A DNA stretch of 61,939 nucleotides from Balanoglossus misakiensis (lineage: Eukaryota; Animalia; Hemichordata), in NCBI GenBank assembly GCA_040954595.2, contig JBECUI020000050.1, forward strand, positions 1-61,939, read 5' to 3'. The translations under genes and the position numbers were made by a program. Of this stretch, positions 49,669 to 61,939 are shown one piece after another. The stretch's first letter is position 1, and each line of letters begins with the position of its first letter. The notes beneath the pieces are model-generated. The model was not told the DNA's origin. It did no database searches and saw only the letters and a list, made by a program, of their open reading frames with translations.

Positions 49669-52600
49669 CAACCATACTCACATTTACCATAATTTTATAT
49701 TCTGCCTATTAAGAAAAGACGTGAGATACAGTATAATGTTTCATATCCAAAGTAATCCTTTTGGAGAGAGGGAAATGAATGTATTTTGCAAAAGAATTGC
49801 AGACATGATGGTCAAACAAAGACCCTAAATATAGGAGTTTTGAGTGAAACTAAGACATCTATTTTGCTAAAGATAATTGAAACATAAGCAGCCTTTTTCA
49901 AAACTAAAAGCTTCTTCAGGAAACCAATTTTTAAGCCAACATATGGACATTTTATCCTTTTACCACAAGGAATCCCTGAAATAATATTTGAGACACGAAC
50001 GGATATAATAACTCACCCAAGGCTACACATTCGCTAGGTAAGGGATAAAAGAATTACTGTAATTCGATGATATTTTCCAATGCAATGGTGTAACTTCATC
50101 AGAGGTCTACAGAAAATTCTTCAAAATGTATTCCTATGTACATGCAGCCAATTTTATTGGATTTTCTTTGAATTCTACTCACTAATTGATACTGACTATT
50201 ATATGCATTAAAATTAACTTGTATTTCAATTATATAGTACATACTTATAAAGCTTTAAAAAGTAATGCCAATATTTCCCTACTGTGTCTGTTTCCAAAGT
50301 GAATTTACAGCACCTGACGAAGAGACAGACACACGGGCACCTATAGACAGGTGAAATACTGAGACTGGGTCACTGTACATGTTATTTATGTCATCATGTG
50401 TTATATGCCGCCAATCACATTGTGGAAACCTCTTAAGCATCACCAGTAGACCTGTTCTTAGAATCCATAATATGCCTGAGAATATCCATTGGATCAATCT
50501 GCAAGTACACTGGATAATGAAAGTCATGTTCGAATTTGAAGTGCATTTGCGCATATGCTTTTAGGGTCTTTGTGCGAGGTCATGACAGTTTAAACATCCC
50601 CTGGCAACAGTGAATGATTTATCTAAGAAATGATGCAAATAAGATCAGAGATGGATATTAGCTGTCCATGCATTCCCTGATTACCCTACATGTATTAACC
50701 TTTGCTAAAAACTTACTTTAGGCATTATCCTTGTCTTGTGCAGTGCACTACAAGTGAGTCAGCCAAAACCGGTTGATGCAAAATGTGTTATCGTCTTTCT
50801 CTGAGTCATTCAGTTGGTATAGAGTTATAGAATGAAGCTACATACATGTAGTATTACATGTATATGAAATCAACGTTAATCAATGAATGGAAAATGTATA
50901 TCGTACAAACACTTTTCCTTGGTTAATGATATCCTATTTCCATATGCAAATAAACTATACCATAACAAACTATAACGTCATCTCTGTCCCAAAACTTGCA
51001 TTAAACTGTGAGGGCGCGCTCTTTGAGTTTCCTTACGTCTTAAAATTTCATTATTTGACGTAGGTGGCGTAAACCTCCAGAATGCTGCTACATGTGTTGG
51101 ATCTTCCCCCAAGGACACACACCCATGTGATCATAGAAAATGTAGCAAGATTGGCTCTTTATTGACAACATATTTCATATACAAATTTTTAATGAGCGTA
51201 TGGGGAATCGTTCGATGAATAAAATGACAGTTACAGCTCACATTATGCTTCCTGGACAGGACCACAGGTCGCTGTACCAGTACATTCATATATGTCAATT
51301 AAAGAAGGTATTGGATATGTCCACACTTAGGACCCAGAACACACAAAGCTGATGTCAAATATTGTAATGTAATTACACTACTGGCAGTAATAAAACGAAA
51401 GTGTAATTTCCGAGAAATTTAATCGAATGTTTCAGGAAAATCGTCTCACAAAAAACACATTAGGCTTTAATCGTTCACTGATGTGAGGTAATGATTATCG
51501 CGATTCAGTAATCATTTGTTCAAAAATAGATATTGTCGCTCAAATCGTTTCAAACATCTTATATCCATTGTCCAAAATGCCATTCTTGCATCACACAGAC
51601 AGCCATATAAGTACATACATTGGACTTTAATAGCATTTTCGTGACAGGATTGCATGACTTCAGAAAATAACTGTCATTTGAAAAATTCCATAACATATTA
51701 ATGTCCGTCCTCTGGTGAGTAATGACTTCACGAAATCTTTCTAAATCTCTGCAGAGTGCAGATCTGGTTATTCATTGACTCCCTGGGGACAAGAAACATT
51801 TGCGATAAGCCTGGGAAATGTCCTCTCATTTCACGATCTCAGAGTAACATTCAAGTCTTACAATAAACCACTTTTTTTACACAAGATCGAAACTAGTGTT
51901 TTTATATATTTCGTATGATTGTTCCATGTCATTTACACTTTCTTCTTCTACTTGCCCAAGTTGCAAATGAGCAACAACCATTGTTATCTTTGACAAATGA
52001 GTTCAAGTCTGGGATAGAATTCAATTTCAACAACAGCAATTATAATTCTGATGATAGAACATAAAAGGGTTGTGTGGACAAAAATATTTATGTAACATTC
52101 CCTTCGAAGCTGTGAAAGTTACCTTAGGTCATGCATTAATCAGTAGATAAATACCAAATTGAATCCTCACGCACTATTTTGCTGTCAGCTAATGCACGTT
52201 AGGGATCACACAGATGACCTAATACAGAATCTGTAGTTTGATTTTCATGCGAAAGTACCACTTTTAAGTATTACAAAAGCCCCGGGCGACATGTTAACAC
52301 GCACTTTTGCAAATCAGTCATCGATGAGAGACACATTGGTGAGAGTGTTTATTACTGCCAACATGGAAGTAGAATTGACAGGCAGATAAAATTTGCACAT
52401 TTAAATTATCCCCCCTCCTCCCTTTGAGTTTTGCAAATAGCGAAATTGTCAGAGAAAAGCTGATGTAGAGTCGTCGAGAAAAAGGAGCTAGTGAAGCGAT
52501 GGTAATTTTGTAAATGGAAAAGAGAAAAACAGTGATGTAATGTGCACTTTTCTAATATCATGGCTTTATATCTCAGAAGCTTCGTATGAACGGAATGCTT

Positions 52601-53942
52601 TTACCCCACTTGGGATTGTCATTTGCATATCGCTAGCAGCAACTTTAAAAGGTTACCTGTGATAATGGATGTATATTACGCAAAGCAAGCTTCTAATGGT
52701 TATTTCCTAACACCTTGCATATCATTTGCAAGTTATGAGTTCCAATATAACACTCATTGGTAGACACCAAAAACACATAATATCCTCTGAGCTAATGCAA
52801 AAAAAAAACAGACTTGAATGAATGAAAGAGAGTGTTTGTTTCATCATTCGCTAACACAAACAGTTACCCCTAATGCTGCTGTAGGTATTTTATCAACATT
52901 ATTCATGTACGGCTAAGATAAGAAGATGAAAGAAGGTGACATGTTTGGAAAAACGACCTCACGCTAGTCTCAGTGGAATCAATTAAATGGTTTAAGTGAA
53001 ACCACAGAACCATTAGTGCTATTTTTGGTTCTTTAAACTTTACCCACTAATTGAGCAAGTGAATTTTGTGCGGTGTATAATTTTATGAGCGGTTTACTGC
53101 AAATCGATTTAAATTGCGGATATTAAAACGACTAATGACCCGTAATAACATTGTTACATCAACATAGCCATACATCAACTGTTGTTTTACAGTACACTGT
53201 TATGCTACAAAATTGGATGGGTGAAATTTGTGCTATTTATACCCAACAATTTGCCTGCTTATTCACTGATGGATTGAACAAAAAGTGAATTTTATAATGG
53301 TCAGTTTTTACATGTTAGCTGGTGCTCACTAGTTACATATCGGTACATTAAAAACATTCACCCCATCTCGCATACATGAATGCAAATGCATCCATTTATA
53401 AAATTTAATAAATCAAACATGCCATGTTTGAGATATAGCTATAATATTGTCATCTGGTTTGGAAAGTGACCTGGTTTTTCGCTTCGTTTGTACAATGTGT
53501 ATTTCTCATTAATAATTTATTTGTACTTATTGCTGGTAGAACAAACCAAGGCTTATGTTTCCTCGTAAATCACTTGAATTTCCCAAACCCTAAACCCACT
53601 CCAATCTCCATCACCTCTTGACGATCACTGTAAAAGCTCATACTCAGAAAAGAAGCTAGACCATCATGCGCATGAGTTGATGACAAAGGCCACACATTGC
53701 ACCACCTGCTGTACCTTTAATTTCCTCTATCTACAGGTGTCGATACACTCATCGCAGTTTAACGCAGCAGGCTACCGTCAACCTCAGGCTATCATTAAAA
53801 CTAATATTACCCATGCAGCGATTTTTATATATTTGGTAAACCACCCATAAAATTTAAAAGTGCCAATAAAACTCGGTTCTGATTATGAGAGCACAGAACA
53901 CAGACCAAATGTGGTATGAAGTTGTGTCAGTACGTGTGTTTT

Positions 53943-54093
53943 TGTATGTATGTATGTATGTATGTATGTATGTATGTATGTATGTATGTATGTATGTATG
54001 TATGTATGTATGTGTATGTATGTATGTGCATGTATGTACGGTATGTATGTATGTATGTATGTATGTATGTATGTATGTATGTATGTATGTATG
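53943..54093. repeat. (TATG)n microsatellite, followed by a degenerate (GTCT/GTCA) tail
   Basis: Directly visible. Confidence 0.97.
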
Positions 54094-57000
54094 CATGCCT
54101 GTCTGTCAGTCCGTCAATATGTCTGTCTAACCACCTCTAACGCTGCACACGTTGGAATAATATGATTAACTTTCTAAAGGTCAACATGCTCTTAACAGTT
54201 CATCGTTGGTGTCCATGGCGACGTAACAGTCCCTTCTGGTTTGTGAAACATGCCATCTTACAAGACACAGTGTCTGAGTGTAAGACATACAAATTGCAGT
54301 TCTTCAACTTGACAAAATAAGTCGTGACCGGTTTCACTTTAACAGCTTTCATGTCACACGCACGCGTCCGCGCCTGCAGGATTATTTGATAAGTAATGTC
54401 ATATTATAATAACCAAGACAGCTCTTTGGTGTAATCTGAATATATCTCTTCCGAGCATGATGGTGACAGTCTGTGAAACTAAAGATCATGTTCATTTGAC
54501 TATATCTAGATGGGACTGGGGTCTTACATTTTAGCCCTGATTAATGTGTAGTTAATCCTCAGTTTTCAAGTGTTATTGCAAGAGAAATCAGACCAATCTT
54601 ATCAACGCCCACGGCATTAAAGGCCATATCTGCATGCAGCTACTGGTTTTGGAGTCCTATGTCTCAGGTTCATATCGCATGTACTAATGTGATTAGAAGC
54701 GATCGAACAAGTTGAACCATGAGATTAAGTGATTTGGAAAATAAAGTCACGAAGAACTAACTGTTCATGCAAATCTCATGCTTGGATCATCATATGTCAC
54801 GATTTTCTTCTTCGTCTACGCAAAGGCAAAGGCAAAGGCAAAGAAACATAAAACATTATTTTCTACTTGCGGGCAATAACAAACACAAAACATTGGGACA
54901 GGAATTTATGTTCATTTTCTTACTGGGCTACAAGACATACTTGTCAAACTCCCAGGAGGTTTTATGGAAAAAACATTGGACTGGTACACCTTTGTGCATA
55001 CTCCCACCCAGAATATGACACGACCGTCAGTTCTAAATTGTTTTCTCTGAAGGCTAATCTATTTTTCATTGATCTCGAATATTTTGCGAATGTATTTTGC
55101 AAGGCCATGGCAGCAGTAGCTAGGAGACTTACTATGGCCCCTGAAGCAGTGTTCATGCCATGATGATTAACTTTAGCTGACCCCTCGACACAATATATCC
55201 AAACGTATAGGGAGGGGGAGTGTGAACTTTCATCATTATGTACATGCTTTTTGCGAGCTAGCACATCTCTGCAGTGGTTGTTTAGTTGACAACAGAGGAA
55301 TGACACTGGGTTTCACTGTACATATGCTGTCATCAATTCTGTATGAGTAAGGATAGTTTAAACAGCTGGTTTGGAAACGTTTGTCGCCGAGCAATAATAA
55401 ATGGGAACGTTGAACTACAGAATAACAAACCATTATAAATATTATATGAAATTCATGCATTCATGATGAAATATCTTAGTTGTACCATTTTTAATCACTG
55501 AAAGAAAAAATAAGATTTTTGAATGGTCACACTCAACCAGGGTACCATTTACAGCATTAATTCTCAAGTTTATAAATCCACTAGTCGCTGTTACAAGCAT
55601 CAGTCATATGTTGTCTTTCTGTGTCATTTAGACCTCATTTTCGGGAAGAAAATCGATGCCATTCAGTGCTTGAAAGACTCCCCATATCATCACACACATC
55701 CACTTCCTCCTCTTGTAGTTGCCTGACAATCTCTTCACACCGTATGGTTATGGCATGTGCCTTTCTTCAGAAAGCAAAGAAACTCAATCAATGAGACGTC
55801 GATGAGACAACTATATTTAGCTCAGCCTTTCCAATTGTAATCAATGAAGCCTTCCATGGATTCTATCTAGCACAACGTCAATAATTTTCAGTCGTAACTT
55901 TTTTTCCTAAACAGACCAGGTCCCAACTCTTGAAAAAACAGTTAATATCCAATTTGCTTAGTGATTCATACTGTGTGATAGTATCTTATGATACACACAC
56001 ATCTAGTTAGAGTAACTAGTAGAGTAACTAGAACTCAGACTGGTTGATCTAAAGCTTGCCTTGTCGATTCAGCAAGTCCATGTCCCAATCACGTGACGCT
56101 GGGAAAGGAGGACAAATCGAATTTTAAATAGTACTTTTGCGCTCGCCACAAATCTGCGCGCTTTTTGCCTTGTTTTCCCACCAATCTGTATTGCTAATGT
56201 TTCAAATGTCAGATACGTGAACTTTACAGACTGTTATCTTGGCAAGTGACTTCATTTTGACCGGAGTTCATTAATATCGTTCGGTTCTCATGAAGTAGGC
56301 ACACATATACTTGACGCTGAATGGAATTGGGTTACGAGTGTTCAAAGCCACATTGCGCGGCGTCTCAGAGATCTCTCCATCACTCACTATACATTTACGA
56401 GTCAGGGTAACAAAGTTTGTAACCTTGTCTACTAATTATCTCTGTATCTTGTTACAAAGAAAACCATCTGGCATTGGACAAGGTTTAGGTCTTCGGTTAA
56501 CCGGGAAATACTGTAGGAGGTGTAAGAAAGTGAATCTGCTTGTGTTTATCACAATCTATTAACAACACAAGTCTGGGATGATATAGCTGCAGCCTTTTGA
56601 AAATGTACAATGTATTCATTATGGTGGGTTGATTAAAGCTAGGCAACTCGCTCGCTTAATGAACACCGTAACTATAAGTCTGCAGATGTATGAAAGGAGA
56701 CAAATAAGCTTAAGGCGTTAACGATCTAACAACCTACATAATAACAGAATTGCTACTTGAAAACAAAAGGGTATGTTCGTTCAGGTTACCATATATATTA
56801 CCTATACCTCAAACTATCATTAGATTTAGCTGAAGGCAAAATCGTGTAATGTGATCTCATTTGCTTGTGAGAAAATTCTGTTTAAGTCTTATCACCACAG
56901 AGACACCGTTGACACTCAACAACTTTTCTAAAATACTGTGCCAGGATTTTAAGTGGCTGTACTTTCACTTTTTTTTTCAATGGAGGTTCATTAAACGAAG

Positions 57001-60000
57001 GCTACATGTTATTCAAACGATTAGGTCTTTGGAAACAGCAATATAATAAATCTACCTGATACCTCTCAAAAAAGTGAGATAACTTATATAGAACACCATC
57101 TGTTCAACAGGCAGCTATAGAAAATATATGACTACCTTCCCTCGAGCATTCGCGATTGATTTTTGTATGTTTTATATTGAACAGCGTACGCACAATCGCT
57201 TTATCAAATTTCAAACTGAGATAAACAGGCAATTTTGTACCGTGTACCACATGCAAATAGTTGAGAACAAAACCTTAAGAAAATCAGGCATTAATTACAG
57301 ACACCGTAAATATGAGGTGTGTGCATTAAACATTTATCCTCAATTTTGCGATCACACACTCATGGACAGAATACGCCGCTAAAACAAACTCAATAATAGA
57401 ACAGCTTATTAGTTGTGTGTACATGAATAGGAAATAATTGGTAATTATCCACACAAAGACACCTACCGCATCGGCACATACTCAAATTCACGTACAGGGT
57501 TAAATTCCATCTTCAGCACACCAAACAAACGTAGTTGTGTTGATTCTATCAAGCTCAGAGATTGTTTGATGGTAGAGCGTAAGAGCGCTTACAGAGTCGT
57601 CAAACACGTTCTAGATTCCCGGCAACCCCGCGACTGTCTTCTTTAGTTAACACTAACGTTTAAACACAGCAAGACGTTACCTATCTTTCGACCAAGGGTT
57701 TGGCCGCGAATGCGATAGTTAATACCGAAGGTTATCTTCTGCAAGTGTTATTTATCGTGTGGTTCTTTGTACTTCCTAACATATGCGTTATCGTTCACAG
57801 TCACGAACGATCGCAAAGACCGGTCGTTCTGCATAAGCCATCCACGCGTGAGAAGATTCCACTCTTTACACAGGGGTAGGTTATCCCTCATGTTACTTGG
57901 AATAGTCCATCGACATTGCTATCGAATGACGTATATAGCTTGAGATTTAGCATTGAAGAAATCCTTGTACTAAAAAACAGAGGGTCAAAATGAAGATTCT
58001 TTCATTGCTATCAATGCTTCAAATGCTTTCACATGAATACTTATTTAGATGGAATGTAAGAGACTTAGGGGAAAGCTGGCTTCAAAAGGAATTGTACCTT
58101 GCAACCATTATTGTAGAATAATACACTTGAATTAGCTCTAAGTTAGGCACGTTTTAAAATTAGAGTGTCTTCCTTGAACATGAATATACATGTCTAATTT
58201 CTGCCAATGACAGGGCCATGCAAGTGTACTTTCACCTTGTAAATGTGTCATTACAGTATTCTCTGAAAAGATGAGGAGATAGAAAGGCAATCACAAATTA
58301 TTTATCTTTCGTCGAACACCTTTGCATCAATCAAGCTCCGAATCAAACCTAATTCTCAAAGTGGTGATGATTTCATCACAACCTCTTGTACTCATGACTG
58401 TTTCTTTCTATATATCACACAGCCTTTAAAATCACTAGCGGTCAAACATTCCATCAACATCTGAAGTTTGGTACACTAGCGAATTATGATGGCACTACAT
58501 TTTATGAGTTGGCCTGATAACCTTGACAAGCTCTGCATGTCCAGTTTACATTGACATGAGGTTTAACCTTGGAAGTCGTTACGAAACAGGCGTCATTCTG
58601 TTCAGCGCTACAACGTTCTTCACATAACTGCCCTGAGCATTCCAAAATGGCAGATTTAATATGTACAAATCATAGAGCAGAGAAAAGACTAGCGCTATTT
58701 TCATAGATACAGATATACATCTTGACACATAATCTTGTAACAGCTATAAATAACCCAAATTCCAGTTTTATGATGAAGTTAGCATGAAAGCTCTCTCTTT
58801 CACTCAGACATTTATGGCTGGTTTTCAGTTGAGTGTGTAAGTGCTGGTGACCTCCGACTGAAGTCAACAAAATTTGATTTGATTATGGTAAAGACTCTCA
58901 CCAGAAGAACCTTTGGCATGCCATATATACGGTACTCTACTGCAAGCAAGCTTAAGTAGCACGTACCCTCTTGTAAATGCATATATCTGCGTCACGATTC
59001 GAACGGTTTATATAATGCCAAAATTCATTTCCAATGGAGAAACTAGTACTTGTTATCAGTACAAGTGGTGTACATGTACTTAAAATCGCCTGTTGCATCT
59101 AAATCAGACTTTGTATGCAAATACAGAGAAATAAAACCTACGCGTATCTACCATAGATCATCATAACATAGTCATAACCATAGTCAGAACATTCAATGTA
59201 ATCCATATGGGCTATTTTTAAACACACCCACGCACAGAGACATAAATCCGCCTTGAAAATAAAAACGTGAACACAATTCCCTCTACATATTACTCTAAAG
59301 CATCAGGACTAACGTATGTGGTTATCGGTAAGTTAAGGTATGTTCAATTGATATTTAGAACTTTAACTTAGAGAGAGAGAGTCTATAAAGTATTTCGACA
59401 TTTATTCTTTAGAGAAACATCTATGTGATAATGCAGCAGCTTAACACGTACTTTAACATTCATTCAGGACCTCTGTGTTCATAAAACCCCTGGGCCAAAG
59501 GGCACTTATGGGAAAGTTGAACTGTGTTTTGTAATTATTTGACTGATTTTACCTCTTCTAACAGCTTGCATATGCCACATGCTGTTCTACTGCTGTATGT
59601 AAGTTGAGTATGGTTTGACCTCAATTTAGCTCTGACTGCTTCATTCATATACACAGAATGTAAAGCTATATTCATGAATACATGGGAGCACATTGTCCAA
59701 TTCGACCGCAGATGTCAAGCTACAGGTGTACCCTATACAATTACAATGTTATTATCCTATTAAGTTACATTATACATATGAGCAAACACAAACAACACCA
59801 AGACAACAACATAAACTTGTTTAGTCTTTTCACTGGCAACATTTTCGCAGAGATAAACTCCCAGCTTGATTCAAACATGATATTCATTCGCCCGAGCCAA
59901 ATTTTATCTGGAAAATATCACATACCGGTACATTAATATATTTAATCTTCAACGTATACATTTACATATCCTGCAATTTTACAGCATCTCCTTAAGATTT

Positions 60001-61939
60001 CCAATTATATTTCTTTAGCAGATCATCTGAATGGGTCAGACTCCCTTCAGATACTAGTCACCTGGTTTCAGGCCAATCCCAGGCACATACATCACCCGCC
60101 TCGTTATTGATTCTGTAACAATAAAGCTCATGGCAATTTTGTTCATCATACCTTTTCCTGTTGCAGGAAGTAATTACGTTTATGATTTCCCCTAACAGTT
60201 AAACATATCCGATAGATACAAAGGGCGTGATTAGTATAGTAATAATATTTAGTGCACCTCACTGGCTCAGCATAACTGCGGGTGAACTTTATAGGACTAA
60301 CATTTAGAATAGATTAAACATGCCTGTGTAATATGTAAAATAACTATAAGAGCTGGGTTTGCATTTGAGAGACTGTCTTCTGTCGTGTGTTTTAAATAAA
60401 AACATGTATCATTAGATGGTCGGAAGACAAACATTTCGCAAGCTGAGCACGAGTATGCGATACATCAACATGTGAGCTTGATTCCCATTGTCATGGAAAT
60501 GGGGTGTAACTATAAATGATAAATAAATCAGTAAAAGTAACTGCTGCATTATGCTATATTTGAGAATTGGGAATACATTGCTGTATTGATAACACTGTAC
60601 AGTATGAGAATACATTGAATGTTTGCGATGGCCATGTGCCTGTTATAAATCAGACTATAGAGGGTGTTGTTTGGTCAAACAAAATTAAGGCCGACCTTAC
60701 ATGTTTGCCGCAGGAGAAACATGACCAGAAGGACATGGAAACCACAAAACAGTACTTTCCAAGCCAAACAATCATAGATGTACTGAATCTAGTAAGACTA
60801 ACATAATAAAACCATCAGGTCAACACATACATAAAGCTCTGCGAAATTTGTGATCAGGATCAGCACATGCCGCGAGTGTGATTAGAGAATACCCGCAAAA
60901 TCTGTTAAATTGCACCAGGGAAATCAACATTCATGGTTTTCTCAAAGCACCAATGCGTATTAAGTTTAAAGGTTACAACGCAATAGCTGTCTCCTAAGAT
61001 TAGACTATTCAGACAACCTGAAGGCATATATGCTCCGGACTAGCTTTGATGATCCTATCATCCAAAGCTAGCTGGAACTACAACTGATCGCTTCGTAGAT
61101 CAAGTCGTGCTGACGAAGAGATGTCATGACTGCTGCAGGTAAAGATAGGAAATTAAATTCTTATAGCCTCTACCCATACAGTTAACACTGTTCTCTTGCT
61201 GCACACTGATAAAACGTCATGTCTTTAGGTTGGATGTACCTTGGGGACAGATTGTCAGAAAAAAATATTAGTAAGTCCTCTACACCTTTCAATTCTTTGC
61301 TAAAATTAAATTCATGGTTTTCATGGATTGGTTTCCTGCGAAAACCACTTGTATACAATGATGTCACACAAAGAAAGATGTCATAGAAGTATATATAATC
61401 ATACATAATAATGATTATAAGACCATGCATAAAATGAGTGTGCATTATCTAAAACTTCCATCAGCCTTGAATTAAATGCAAGTGATAGTTAAGTTTATAT
61501 GCACACATCCATATAATTTATGAGTGGTGGGGTTAGAGAGTTATGATATTACAGAGCTTGACATTTCCATATTTTCAATCTGATTTATTTTGAACAGATT
61601 TCTGCTTCACATATTGAAGTTATTCATACTCAAAATGCTTGATGAAATCTACAGTTATAAATTAACTTCAATCTGTCTTAACTGCAACTTACAAATCAAG
61701 TTTCAATCAATCTCATCTACAGATGTCCAGATAACTTGTAAAAGCCTAATATTTTACTCTCTTCAAATTCCAAATATTGCATTTCAGTGGGAATTGAACT
61801 GCAGTAAATAGAGGCAAGGAAATACTGGTTTGAATGGAGTAAAGTAAACCTCATCTTGGGAATGTTTAGAGCAGGTTGTCCCCCAAGAGCCTATGTTTTG
61901 ACGGTAGTTTTAGACATAAGTGTTGAAGTAATGAGCGGA

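Noticed and set aside
51432-51445. 14-bp match to the satellite (TCAGGAAAATCGTC); also an 11-bp match near 36143
   Set aside because: Similarity does not extend into the flanks, so it is compatible with chance.
48873-51980. Shared AATGAGCAACAACCA at 48885 and 51966 with weak upstream similarity
   Set aside because: A 15-bp match is near chance expectation for 40 kb of AT-rich DNA, and it could not be extended convincingly.
41211-54165. CMYV/HTYI-repeat ORFs (and the poly-SL part of ORF 13599-14036)
   Set aside because: They are translations of (TATG)n and (GA)n microsatellites.
11029-56096. Roughly a dozen CACGTG E-boxes
   Set aside because: The excess is modest for a 6-mer, the sites are scattered rather than clustered, and they cannot be assigned a function from sequence alone.

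Overview
AT-rich eukaryotic genomic DNA, probably from an invertebrate deuterostome (inferred from the gene content, not proven). No prokaryotic features are present. (1) 1-~9,930 is a compound satellite locus built from one 87-bp monomer family. Block A (1-6420, + orientation, ~74 copies) has nested 8/16/25/41-monomer higher-order structure. Block B (6421-~6935, ~6 copies) is a palindrome-perfected variant. Block C (~6939-9712, ~32 near-identical copies) is INVERTED and ends in a short degenerate tail and a possible Helentron-like terminus. The breakpoints I could map fall in one quasi-palindrome of the monomer. (2) 11,112-21,256 on the minus strand is a six-exon ETS transcription-factor gene that I reconstructed with consistent GT-AG splice phases (609 or 626 aa). 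Its ETS domain has SPI (PU.1/Spi-B/Spi-C) signatures, yet the protein also has an N-terminal PNT/SAM domain, a polyQ tract, two PxDLS-like motifs, several SUMO consensus sites and an AT-hook. Its first intron and upstream region are enriched in PU-box sites. (3) ~21.6-61.9 kb has no recognisable coding sequence, only microsatellites, short dispersed repeats, hairpins and recurrent RFX X-box palindromes.
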